From the NCBI GenBank assembly GCA_030141605.1, contig JAQGDQ010000583.1:1-64000 (forward strand): DNA of 64,000 bases, written 5' to 3'. Below are positions 13,725 through 26,362 of the stretch, one piece after another (position 1 is the first letter of the stretch; each line of letters starts with the position of its first letter). The notes under the pieces were generated by a model that was not told the origin of the DNA, did no database searches, and saw nothing but the letters and a program-made list of their open reading frames with translations. The translations under genes and the position numbers were made by a program. This stretch comes from Tubiluchus corallicola (Eukaryota > Animalia > Priapulida).

Positions 13725-14060
13725 GACCAGACGGTACAGTCTCGTGGTAACTCGTCTGCTTTCCGTCTGGGAGGTCGTGAGTTCGATAAGGTGGCCAGGT
13801 CATACTAAAGACTTTAAAAACGGTACCTACTGTTGCCCTGCCTGGCGCGTGGTATTTAGGATAAAAGTGGGATAATAATAGTCTCTATGTAGTTGTAGAT
13901 TGTTATTTACAATCGGGCAAAAAAGCTCTTTGGAGCTTCCGTTAATTGTTCATACAAAAAAAGATTATTATTATACTGCATTGTATTGTATTGTATTGTA
14001 TTGCATTGCATTGCATTGCATTGCATTGCATTACATTACATTATATTATATACTATTATA
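13725..14060 (+). mobile_element. tRNA-derived SINE with Meta-SINE-like central domain and pentamer tail
   Basis: tRNA-like head with B box GAGTTCGAT, then ggtcatactaaagactttaaaaacggtacctactgttgccctgcctggcgc, then (ATTGT/ATTGC/ATTAC)n. Family assignment is from memory of the consensus. Confidence 0.7.
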
Positions 14061-15014
14061 TTATGATGTCATTCAATTATAATTACAGTACATTAATTAT
14101 ACTGCTTGTGTAAAAGGGCAGCTCATACTGAAATGAATTAACATAAAAATGTTTTTTTATGAAAAGGAAAGAACAATTATTAAAAAACTCGCACAGCGAG
14201 CAGGAAATAAAAAATAAATAAATAAAATTAAATCAATTTTTTTATCGGAATCTCTTAAAGAACGTGCATTTTCTTGTTTTTTAGTTGTGGAATTTTTCAT
14301 TGATCAGACAGGACAAATCACCAGCGTAGAATTTTTTTAATAGTTAGTTAATTAAAATAGTTCATTAAGCATTCACTAAAGCTGATTCTAAGAGCAGCGG
14401 TATTGAAATGGAATGAAACTTTCTGGCGTGACCGTTCCTTAGTAATTATACGTGTTTTTTAGGTTCAAAGGTTGTTGTGTGGCCTCTGTCTGTTAATTAC
14501 TTTAATAACGTTATAAACTAATCTACTGGTAAACTTACCCATGCCCATCAGTTAAAGCTATGCTTTGTCGGTGTTTCGTGTCCCATGCTACGCATTGTTT
14601 GATGCCAAGGTCGAATTTACCTGTAGAGAAAAAGAGCACAGGTACGGTGAGGCAGGTGCGTGATCTTTGATTGATTTGAAGAAGTTTAATTAGAGCAGTT
14701 TTCGGTGAAAATCGGGCCAACTCAAGCAGTGCATTATCTCAGGTAACTCAGAATTAGTGCACGTAATTCCGTAAATAAACAAGAGAAATGAATAATAATA
14801 TAGGCACCATAAGTCACAATATATCTAAAATTAATTAATATTGTACAGAGAAACACTACAGTGAATACTGTACACGCCTAAAAGTGTAGCTGCTATACAC
14901 ATGTATTTTTCACAAAATTAACTGTTTGTCCTAAATCGTAGAAGTCGTAAAGCTTACAAAACATTGTTCAGTGTTGTCAAATTCACAGATCCTATTTTAT
15001 TATGATGCTATAAC

Positions 15015-15398
15015 CAGTGGCGTAGCTACACGATTGTCTAGACAGTATTATCTAGTAGTAGGACTACTGATATTTATTTAATGCAAAGGCAAGTTTCTTT
15101 ACGTTTTATTATGAGGATGTTCTATCATGCCTGTTGTTAGGATTATTTAGAAAAAGAATCGTACTGTCATGGATTTTTTTCTGCTAAGGAATGTCATGAA
15201 GAAAAACTTTTTTGTTGTGTTTTGTTTTTAAATACAAAGTAACAATTATGTACTTCTTTGAAAACTGTATCTTCCTCGTGTTTTGATTTTAAACACAAAC
15301 TTAAAATGTATTATCAATACGTTAAAAATTGTTTCGTATGTGCTACGGTGCCTTTTTGTGATTGCTTCCCCTAACTTTAGAACATGGCTACGCCCCTG
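15015..15398. mobile_element. hAT-type MITE with perfect 8-bp TSD
   Basis: GCTATAAC|CAGTGGCGTAGC...GCTACGCCCCTG|GCTATAAC. Confidence 0.9.
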
Positions 15399-18041
15399 GC
15401 TATAACGCGGCACATTTTTCTGCACTGAAGTTTCAAACATGCAAATGTAGCTTTGGAATCCCAACAGAAATTTGGGAACTGTATCCGAGTGTCCCAAAAA
15501 TCCCCAAAAATCAGAAGAACGAAGACAATAGATTAGTATTATTTAGCAAAAACAGTTAAAAATCAATCAAACAAACAAACAAACAGACAAACAAACAAAC
15601 ACACAAACAAGCAAACAAAAGACACACAAAATGCGGAACGACTGCAGCTTATTCAGCAACAAAAACAAAACTCGCATAATGTATGAGAAACTTACTGCTG
15701 CTGCTATTGTCTAGGAAGGTGTGATCTAGTTTTTTTTCCTAAAACTGCCGTATATTAACTCTGCCTAAAACTCTCTTCGGCAGAACGGCTTAACGGTAAA
15801 CACTGTAAGCAAAAATAAGCCCGATGTTTACTTACTGTTGTCTGTTAAGATTACTTGCATAGCGGGATTACGACCGTGACTTGTTTTCTTAATTTCTAGC
15901 CTGACCTCCGGGTATTTCACTGTCTTCTGTTGACTTGTTTGCCTAAATATGGAAACAGACATACAGGTGCAAACATCTTAAACAGGTAACAAAACATGAC
16001 TTTCACTTTTTACGCTTGCCGAAGAAATACAAGATTTCGAAGTAATGGAAAGTCAAAGGCCACGCCGCGAAAATTAAGTTAAATTGGTTTTGCACACCTT
16101 CTACAATTTGTATAGATTTTATCACTAAATGTTGATAACTGGTTTAATTTTCCAAAGAATGCAATAGCACCTTCAAGGCGCGAGTGCATTTTGATAGTGC
16201 AATGAACTAATAGTGATTAATTTAAATTGGCAGATCGGGAAGTGTCAGTCAGCCGGCGGAGGTCCACCTCGCAATGGCCAATCAGCGCCCCTTTTGTCTT
16301 CTCAGGCTGACAAAAGCTATTCATAAACATACTTGGAGAACGTATTGACTATACAGCGAGAGTCAGAATCAAGGGTGCTTTATCAGTAGGCCTGTTATTT
16401 TTATTTTTTTCCATCCTTATAAGATTTCTACAACTAAAATTTGTCTAGCTAAAAAAACAGAGATATTATGATGGTAAATATTGTGCTTGGGAGGGGGGGG
16501 GGTACTTGATGCAGACTGGCCAGGTTAAAAAGAATCAGATTTATTATTAGTTTCTCCTAGCCAAGAACGACTTTTAGACAAACGTGCTGCTGGAGAGGAA
16601 AGAAAATGAATTGAACCCTTTCACAAAGCTTAGCTGGGGCAACTAATGTCATTTAAACCTATCACTACTTACTTAATACTGTTTTATGCTTATCATTCAT
16701 AAGTTACATATATTAAGGCATTAGGAAGCAATTTTATTGCAATGTAATTATAAAAGCTATAAGTTTGTGCGTCAATTGACATTTTTTTTCTTTAAAGCCC
16801 GGTATTTTGGCCGAAAGGTAACAACATCTAATATTTCACACCAAACCATTGTTACAACACACATATTCTTGAGTGAAATAAAGTAATCCTTTTTGCAATG
16901 ATGTGCTATAAATTCTCATAGTCTGGTCATTTATGATAGTGATACATTTTCTAGAATAATTAAAAATTTGCCACTAAACCGGCACGCAATATTGATGTTT
17001 TTCTCTTTAGTTTGTATATTTTATATTGTAACCAACTACTGTCAGCGAGCAACAGTTTGTGAAACGAAACTGGTAAGCGGCGCCGTTTGCATATTAGATC
17101 TTAAGTTTAGCCAAAGAATAGGAGCGTTAAATTACCGGAGTTGAACTTCAGTGAAGGATGAAAAAAATCCAGAAAATGTTTGAAAAGGTACTCATAAGTA
17201 TCAACGAAAACGAATTTTATTTCAGATGCTTGAAGCCTCTCGACCTTCACAGTTTCTCCGAATAATGTAACCGTGATTATTTACTTCTGCGGTTGAATTG
17301 CAGTCTGTGTGTCTGTGTCATAGTATCCAATTACACAAGTCTGCATCCTCTATTCCCTAAAGCTGTCCGAATTAGACAGGCTTAGAAGCGTTAGAAGCTC
17401 TTTTTAAGAGAAATAAATAAAAAAATGAAAATTATACAACGTTTTGCTAATAACCTCCTCAATAGGTATCTCAAACAAACCATTTAGTATCTGGGATGAA
17501 AATACTTTTCGTGTTAAAATGGAAAATGGATAGAATGTAAGTGCTAAAGCAGGGCTAATTCATGGACTAACGGAAGTACCATAATAAATGTAACTGTAAC
17601 GGAAAGCTAATTTTCCATAGGCTATTCAAAAACGTCCTTCAAATTAGTCACAGCATTTCACATTAAGTGGAAGGGTGGTTTTCTCTATTATCTTTGGATG
17701 GCTAACCATATTGAACACCGAATGTAACCATTATTTCTGGTTAGACAGCAAACAGGTATCCTTCCATACTATAAAGCAGCTGAAAGGTTATTATAGTTGG
17801 TCACAGAAACCACAATAATTTTAATGGTCAGTTTATATACTCTATGCTCCATACGTAGGATGAATTTTGAGAAAAAACGGTAGTCAAATTTGCCCAAGTG
17901 ATAGAAAGCCATTTGTATGTCGAACAATCCCAATCAAACATGATTCCCCGATGAAAAGACGTCAGAGGTTATTAATATAATCACATGTATATCTAAAAAT
18001 GCCTGCTCTACATACTGGAGGCAATTTTATTGTGTACTCAC

Positions 18042-18160
18042 ACTTTCTCAAAGCGGGAATAATAACGGCAACCAACTTCGTATGCCCCATTTCCTGCCAC
18101 CCCTGGTACTTCCAGAATTGCAGAATATTTCACAGCTTCGTGGGCACCATGGCCTGAAGT
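18042..18160 (-). CDS. Mucin/ZP-N protein coding exon 4 (end of ZP-N)
   Basis: tttgtag|TSGHGAHEAVKYSAILEVPGVAGNGAYEVGCRYYSRFEKV|gtgagt; phase 0 in; supplies the fourth ZP-N cysteine. Confidence 0.75.
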
Positions 18161-19814
18161 CTACAAATTAAAATTAACATTAAACTTAAAATATATTTTG
18201 TAAATAATAACAACATTTTGATAACAATTTAGTTTTGTTTAGTGATTATCATTCGGAAAGCTGGTTCATATGGGAGAAATCCAAAACTAAGGGGAAGAAC
18301 TGAAGGGGAAATTTCAGTCAGTCGATGATCTCCAAGTTGGGAAAGAATTTACTCCAACTGGGTATTCATGTCAAGAATGCAAGCCAAAGAGGGCATTAAA
18401 AGTTAAACGGATGTTTTGTGTTGAGAGTATTTTGTAATGATCTACATTTTTGATTGATATTGTGCTGCTTTCCCAGCAACTTTTTTGGGAATTAAGTCAA
18501 GTTTTATGATTTACTAGAAAAAAATTTGAAAAGTGTTTGAAAAACTTTGTTTTATAAAGTGCTGTAATGATTATAATTTTGAAAACAAAACCCTGGAATT
18601 TTTTTAGTTAACTACTCAAAATGAAAAAGAAATTTAGGAAACCAATGATTGCAAAAGAGACTTAGTTATGTTCTCTAAATGTTGTGTAAATACGAAAATA
18701 ATGATCTTCAATCGTATGTCAATTTTACGCGTGCGTCCCATAGTGCAACTTTTTCCAATACAACTACATTTTTTAAAGATGGCTCACAATAATGCATTTC
18801 GTAGGTTCTTCAACATTTAGGAAAGATGCAGGATAAGTGAAAAATTTGTAAATTTTAATATTCCCAACTGTGATGTTATTACACGAAAGATAACAGAATC
18901 CTTTATATATGGGCTACCAGAAATACCTAATAATATAACGGAGTCACATATCATAATACAGTTACATAGACGAATTGGTACAAACTACGTTTTGCACTGT
19001 GAGATGAATTTTTTTTTGCCATTTTAAATGCGACTTTTATTGAGTTTTCTGCCTCTGTATTTGGTGTTTTTAGTGTTTTTGTTTTGTATTTATATTTGTC
19101 TGGGTGCGTATGTAATTTTATACGATAGCTGAGTGTTTTTTAATTTTTTATATAATGCTACGTACTTTTGAATGTAGGAAATAAATTTCAAATAAAAATA
19201 AAAAGCCGTTCTAGCTACTAACCTCATCCAGGTTTAAGGACACTCATTATTGCTACAGTAACTAATTCGAAATGTAATTATGACCGATATTATAGCGATT
19301 GATTGTCATAACTAAGGCTAATCCTGAGAGGAAGGTCTGGACTTACTGACCGAAAAATGAATTCAATTACAACCGGATATCTCGATCGCCTCTCGTTTCA
19401 ACTAGGTTAATGACGTTTCGGATCTTTGTCTCTTCTAATTGATGACGTTTATGTACGATGAACTAGATGTAACATCGATGCTTATTCAGTTATTAGGACG
19501 TGGTGGGACGATTCATGTCCAATATCAAAGCAAGAAGATGAAGCACAACGCAAAATCAACTAAATTACGGTTCATGACAAAGACATAAATCGAAGATACT
19601 GCAATACGAGTGGAGTATTAACATGAATTGCAAAGCGACTATAACAGTAACAAGAATATGTAAATGCTGGCACATGACCATTATTATCTATTAGACAGAC
19701 AGAGTCAGACAGAGCTGGACATAATCCCGTAAGGCACAAGCCGCGAGGAGAAAAAGTCACCTCATGAAAAATGACCACATGCTAACCATTGGTCCCTGTC
19801 ACACAGATAATCTA

Positions 19815-20355
19815 TTTGACGTCTTCCACCAATAGAGACTTGCCTACCGTAAGCCGTCAGCTATAATCCGCGGTAGGCTCCTCATAAGTCGTTTTGAGCT
19901 GTTCATAAGGCGCCTTATGGCAAAAATGAATTTGGCCATGAATTTCGTTTGCCATAAGGCGTTTTTGCTTATCGCTAATGTGAAAATTAGTGTAAGTAAG
20001 CGTTTTCTATACAAAAACCATTTATATGATAAGAATTCATAACATCAATGTATTATAAACATTAAGAAGCATTTTTAACCCGCAACACTTCTTTACGACT
20101 GCCATATTACCACGATGCACATAAGAAATGTCTTCTATATGCAGGAGGCAGCATACCAGTCAATCATATTATACAATGTATGCTACTGACAATCTGTTAA
20201 TGAGTAAAATTATATGAACTATTAAACTATAGTTAACATTTTGCCAAAAAAACGGATTGTGGCAAACGCCTTGCTAGTTGCCCAGAGCCAGGCGCACACC
20301 GCGGATTACGAAATGAGCCTTACGGAAGATGGAAGACGCCTTGTGGCTTACGGAC
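19815..20355. mobile_element. Degenerate MITE-like element with imperfect inverted subterminal motifs
   Basis: cgtcttcca / ccgtaag / taatccgcggt on the left mirrored by accgcggatta / cttacgg / tggaagacg on the right. Confidence 0.45.
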
Positions 20356-20879
20356 TATGGATTATTGCATACTCCGAAGCCTTACATTGCCAACAATATT
20401 ACTTAATTAAATCTTCTCAAGTATTTTCTGGATAGATAGCAGCTAGTACGATTACTTTTGAGGTCCACACATTGGCACGCAATGGTATTGTCAGATATTT
20501 TTATCCTTACGCTCATATATAAGCTGCAGTCTGATAAGTGCTTGTAGGTAATGCAATATAAGCGGCTTCCACGATTATAAGAGTGTCTTTCTTACTCAGC
20601 ATTTGCGATTTATGTTTCCTATTGGATATAATTGTATTTCAGGCCTACTACATTTGAGTAGATTTCAGTACTTGAAGGAAGCTTATTGAGTCTTAAATTC
20701 CACTGTGAAATACCTCCATACTTAAAAAGTGTAATATAGTGAGAAAACAATATAATAGGAAGTTGGTTTATCTTATTAAAAGTCATAAGAAACATTTTTT
20801 AATATTGCACTTTGAGAACCGGAAGTTGAAACAAACGAAACAACACAAACCATCTAGGGGACTCATCATACGGACTCAC

Positions 20880-21067
20880 CTCTCTGGTTACTCCGCAATC
20901 ACTGAGCGACCAGGTAACTGATGCGGTAGAACGAGCCACATTCTGATGTTGATAACAGCTTGGACTGTCGCTGTAGCCACGTGCAAACATGACTCCAGCA
21001 AATGGCTGACTAAACTGCACTGTCATCTCCATTTGCCTCGTCTTTGGGTAGCAGACAACCGCAACAT
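20880..21067 (-). CDS. Mucin/ZP-N protein coding exon 3 (ZP-N domain)
   Basis: ttcag|(D)VAVVCYPKTRQMEMTVQFSQPFAGVMFARGYSDSPSCYQ...WSLSDCGVTRE|gtgagt; cuticlin/Dusky-type ZP-N pattern C..M.V.F..PF.G....GY..P.C...CG; phase 1 in, 0 out. Confidence 0.85.
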
Positions 21068-22307
21068 CTGAAATTTGAACAGCAGTTTAAATTCGGAGTT
21101 CAGCTGCCAACCTAATAGTTTGAGCCAAAGCAAACTTTGTTACCAAGTTTCTACCCCACTGGAATTTTTTCGGGCGTCCTATATATATTATTTTATTCGC
21201 ACATCTTACAACGCAATTAAAGCTAGTAGCAAAACAGGGACTAACAGGAAACGAGTATTCACAATCACACATTACGAATACATGTTTATAAATTATTCCT
21301 TAGAATGATAAGACCAGCTAAGTTCATGTGCTAATTTATCTAAATCTGTATAAAATTCCATTCTCTCAAATGCTGCAGTAGACATGAATAGTCTATTTTT
21401 ACCGAAGTGTCGACAAACTCGAGTATTTATTCAATATTGTATATCTGTAAGTATAGTGTAAGTTCAGTAAGTATAAGGTTTTAAAAATACAGCTGTCTGC
21501 ATCATTCTCAGTGCTAACATGTTTAACACAGCGCTTTGAAATCAATTTTTCAAACGGTACCGTTTCAGCTATACATAAGGTCAAACGGGAATGACTGTCT
21601 CTAGGTAAAGAGAGAATATGATTAAAACTTTAGGAAATTCAACAGCTAAAATATAGATTACACCATCACTCAATTAATTCAATTAATCTATGGTCTTAAG
21701 TGAATGCTTTAGGGTTATCCACATTCTGCACTTACGTCTGATCAAAGTTGTACGTTCCCAAAGTGCTCTAGCTATTGAAGAAAAGGGCCACTTGAGCACT
21801 AAGAACAAAGCACTAAGAAGCACCAAACCTGCCACAGCATGGCATTCTGAAACACCTAACTTGTTATGCGTTTCTGATTGATGATAACATACAACTTCCA
21901 TTTATTTCTGGTTGACGAAAAAGAGATTATAAACAGACGATTTGGTCATCTTGACATCAAAGAGAACAAGATCATTGACTTGATGAACCTTAATATTGTC
22001 AATGTCATAAGGTGGTCATCGAAATGCTCTTGGTAGTAGTGTTGTTGATGACGACACTTATGCCCTTCAGAGCTGCTCAAGCATTTGATCAAGCAAAATA
22101 ATTCTAAGATGTGCGCTGAAAATCGGCATTTGCATTTTCTAAATTCGTTGCTTGGATCTTTGTAATTTCGTTGTGCTTTTACATGAAACACAGCAAATTT
22201 TCACACAGCTTTGCAAAAGGCAAAGCTGTACAAACATTCATTATACTATTCGGTTTTATGATCATTACCACTTTAGAAGACTAGAACAAGGCATTAGTCT
22301 GACTTAC

Positions 22308-23451
22308 CTATAATACGAGCAAGTTTAGGAGCTGGTGTTGGTCTCGTGAATGGAACAACTACTCTGGTTGGTGGTCTGGTTATAGGTGGTTGTGTAGATC
22401 TCGGTATTAGTAAATCCACATCAACTGGACGTGGAGTTCGTCTTGTTGTTGGAGGTGGTTCTGTAGATCTCGTTATTAGTAAATCCACATCAACTGGACG
22501 TGGAGTTCGTCTTGTTGTTGGTCGTGCTGTACGTCTTGTAGGCCGTGTTCTGGGTGGTTGAGTTGGTCTTGTTATTATCACATTTAAATCAATGCTGGGA
22601 GATGGTAAATCCGGCTCGTCTGTGGGCACAGATATCGTTAAGTCCACATTAGCTTTCTCCGTCGTGGGTTCTTCGGTGGTGGTGATGTCTATTGTTTGAC
22701 TCTGTGTAGGACGCACGGGTACATAGGGTTGTGTGGTTGTAATCCGTTCCAAGTCCACCTCTTCTGTGGTAGTCTTGCCTAAGCCAAACCCAATGTTAAC
22801 GTTTGGTGCGACTGGTGGTTCCGTCGTTGCGTCTATGTCGAATTGTTCAGGTGTTGCTGTCCTCGTTGTGGTTGGACTTGTGGTTGCTCTAGTCGGCCGG
22901 GGTGTTGCTGCAACTACAACGTATCCTTTATGCTTCACACTAGGTTCGACTTTGCCCAAACGGTTGTATTCACCAAGGCGAACGTTTTCTATGCGTTCTT
23001 TCTCTTTTTCTACTTGTCTTTTTTGTTCTGTTTCAATATTCAAGTCCCCAGGTGGTATTGTTGTTGTTGTTGTTGTCGTTGTTGTTGTTCGCCTCGTTGT
23101 TCTAGGTCTGAAAGTGAATCTCGCTCTTGTGGTTGGCGCTTCTGTTGTGGTGGTCGTAGTTCGCCGCGTTGTTGGCGCCCTGGTTGTAGTTGTAGTGGTC
23201 GTAGTTCGTCGCGTTGTTGGCGCCCTTGTTGTAGTTGTAGTTGTCGTCGGAGCTCTTGTTGTTGTCGTTGTTGTTGTAGTTGGCCTTCTTGTAGTTGTTG
23301 TAGTAGTAGCTCTGGTAGGTCTTCTTGTTGTTCGTTGAGGTGCAGAGGTAGATACTTGCACATATCCTTTATGTATTTCACTTCTTGATACTTTGCCGAG
23401 AAGGTTGTACGGGTTTCCAGGTCCTGGACCCTGACACATCACTGCTGCTAT
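22308..23451 (-). CDS. Mucin/ZP-N protein coding exon 2 (Thr/Pro/Arg-rich region)
   Basis: ttgcag|IAAVMCQGPGPG...KLARIIG|gtaagt; 1144 bp inside ORF 22294-23529; phases fit both neighbours. Confidence 0.88.
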
Positions 23452-23821
23452 CTGCAAACAAATTGAAATCTTGTTACTAAAATTGAAATCTGACGATGGT
23501 GAAATGCTACTGTGGTTGAGGTATGTCATTTCGGAAGTATAAATGCACGCTTCTGTATTTTGTAAAAGTAAAACTTAATTAAAACTACACTAAGAGGAAT
23601 AAAAACTTTCGATTTTAAGAAACGGAAAACGTCTGCAGTCAATCACTTTGACTGAATTTTATAATTGATTCAGTGTGCTTCATTATGCAAACTCCCGAAA
23701 GCGCATGAAATTGCACGGTTGCCAAATCTGCTAGCCATTTAGTGAAACTGGCATATCGAAAACGAAGTAAACTGAACTTCATAAAAGTCATTTAACTAGG
23801 TTCACGCAAGACTGTACTTAC

Positions 23822-23857
23822 CAATACGCACCACAAGAATAGTAACGGCTTCCACAT
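23822..23857 (-). CDS. Mucin/ZP-N protein first coding exon (signal peptide)
   Basis: ATG MWKPLLFLWCVL|gtaagt; joins IAAVMCQ to form a signal peptide; an acceptor near 23874 implies an upstream 5'UTR exon. Confidence 0.8.
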
Positions 23858-25749
23858 CTTGACGATTAATTATCTGAAAAAAAACACTTTTTTACAAAAG
23901 GTAAATTTCAAAAGAATACGAATCTTAGTTCATCTTTACAGACATCTTTTTAAAAAAACTACACTCCTTTAAGGCAAACATTGTAACTCTTTTTCGAAAT
24001 TCAATAATTAATCAGACATCTGTTCCTCAAGAGTTGTGCTCTTGTAAAATAAAACAAAGATTAAACACTTTTATATCTTTTCGATTCATTCTCAGCAAAC
24101 ACTGCTTTTGGATAGAACTTGGTAACTGCCTATTACGCAAAAATATAGTTCCACACTTAGTTGGCTTCCATTTCTTTTTCTTCATTTTAAGATGAATCCT
24201 TATAATTAGCTTAATTTCGTATTATCATTTTTGCTAAATCAATTTAACATGTGCTCTTTCCACATAATGATTATAACATGACCATAAATTAATTACGAAC
24301 TGGCATTACAAAGACTGTGATTTAACGAGTTACTAATTACTCTCGCGTAAGTAAACTGACATCCGAAAGCGTTGCAATATGATCATCAGGTAGAATTTTC
24401 AAAAGCAACTGCATTGGCTTTATTTCCCCTTGTGGAGAATTGACACAACAATGGCACTTATCATTTGTTTGCGTTTGTTGGGGAGGAGAGTGCAAGGTAT
24501 CATTTGTTTGCGTTTGGCGGGGGTGGATGAGGTTGCTAAACTTTACAGGAAGACTACCACTACGTCTAGAAATATCAGAAATCCCGCTTTCCGCTTTTTT
24601 GAACGAATCCCTCAAAGAACTCGAAGCAAGGAGTGCAACTTGTAATTTGTGTTTAGTTTCTAAATTCAACATTTACACTGAGATGTCATTAAGCAGAGAT
24701 TAAACAAAGGAACCATCTGGCGGATTAGAAAGATGCATGTATCTTGTATTTACACTTTTTTCTCTTGTTGATATGTTGGTACATCACGATTCAAGTAATT
24801 TAAATTCTAAAAGCCGGGTCAAAGAGACCTTTGTTATCTTTTGAGTGTCGCTGTCGCTGTTGTTGTCACCGTCGATGTTTTTGGGTTGTCTAAATAAATA
24901 ACGTGTTCACTACAGAATGTTCGTGCGTAATTCAGTCGCAGTAAGGTTGGACGCGATCATCAGCTCTTGATATTGTTTTGGCATAAATTTGGTTCTGCTT
25001 GTGTACAATTGCAACGTTTTTAAGCTGGCAACACAAACATAAATTAATGCATCACGTTACAATAGTTAGGCAAATTTAAGGATTATTGGTTACGGGCACG
25101 AGCACTTTAAAACGTAAATGCAATTAATAAGTGTGTCAGACAACGTGCACACAATACTCCAGATTACAAACGACAAGGCACTGTATCATATCCAAAAGCT
25201 ATGCTTGATGGGACTTCTGCTACAGCGTTTTTAGCTTCACCAGTTTGTCAGCCGTTTCTATCTCTCCTACTCTTAAACTGATGACTAAAACTTTATAGCT
25301 TTCAGTCACTTCAATTTTGCAGATGCTTAAAGTCTAAGCTTCCCTTTTAATTTCTGTGATACAGAGTGAGATTATAATCCATACAATGTAGATAACTGGT
25401 GGTAACAACTTGGTTAAGCAGTTATTAGAATTTGCTCGAAATTTTTTAGGGCCAGCGATTTTTCTTGCCATAAATTGCATCATTTTTGCAAAATGTTTTA
25501 ACAAAACTGAAAAATGCGGGTGCTTGTAGGTCCTGTAGTGATGTTGAGAGTGAGTAAATACGCTAATGGTAACGACAACTATTGTGATAGCTACGGCAGT
25601 GGAAATGATGATACTAAGCAACAATAACAGCAGTAAGACGTCAACAACAAATACCACCAAGAACAGTAACGAGGAGGATAGATAAGTCTACCACCATTAC
25701 CACCACTGCTGTCCATCATCCACCACTCTTTGCCCTAACAGCTCTAATA

Positions 25750-26362
25750 AACTAAGGACGTATAAACCATTTAAGTATAAATTTTGGATTACTGGTGTTC
25801 CTAGAGCACATAAGGAAACTTACACAAAATTCTGCGTTAGCGCGCATAGACTGCAAATTGAGGCTGGTCCCTAAACCCCGGTTGATATGAGAAAATGTAC
25901 TTACGTAAGAATGGGAGCACAGAAGATGAATTTCACTTTAGTATGCAATACAATGTTTACTGTCAAGAAAGGACTGCGTTCTTAAGTCAAACGTCAGATG
26001 TTTTTCCAGAATTCCCATCCATGTGTAATATCGATAAGTTTATAACAAGTTTTTTAAACAAAAGTGGAGATGTGCAAGTTAAGAAATTGTTGATTAACTC
26101 TGTGCATAAAATTTTAACTATACGTGATTTTAACTTAAGAGGTACGAATTAATTTTACTGAGAATTAATGTATTCTACCTGCACTATGATATACATGTAG
26201 ATGTGTTTGTTAATTATTGTATTTTTTTCTTTTTATCAGCTACGCTTAAAAAGAGTCCTGTATTTGTCAGGACGTGTTCCTGTATGCGTTGTTTATATAA
26301 GTGTGTGATTTGTTAACTGTACTTGTGTTTATGTTTGTGAAATAAAGCATCTATTATTATTA
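25750..26362 (+). mobile_element. Decayed LINE 3' end (RTEX-like C-terminus and 3'UTR)
   Basis: KLRTYK.FK...YTKFCVSAHRLQIEAG...TEDEFHF motif with frameshifts; AATAAA then (ATT)n; second copy at 50400-50695. Confidence 0.7.

Noticed and set aside
17680-17740. Candidate fifth exon of the ZP gene (...VTFGVQYG*)
   Set aside because: The attractive frame does not fit the phase-2 donor at the available AG; cannot be resolved without RNA data
19405-19450. Penelope-type hammerhead ribozyme (CGAAACGTCA on minus strand)
   Set aside because: The CUGANGA core is absent and the stems do not close; a similar partial match near 35573 lacks GAAA
22346-23388. Plus-strand Val- or Cys-rich ORFs
   Set aside because: Antisense shadows of the Thr-rich mucin exon
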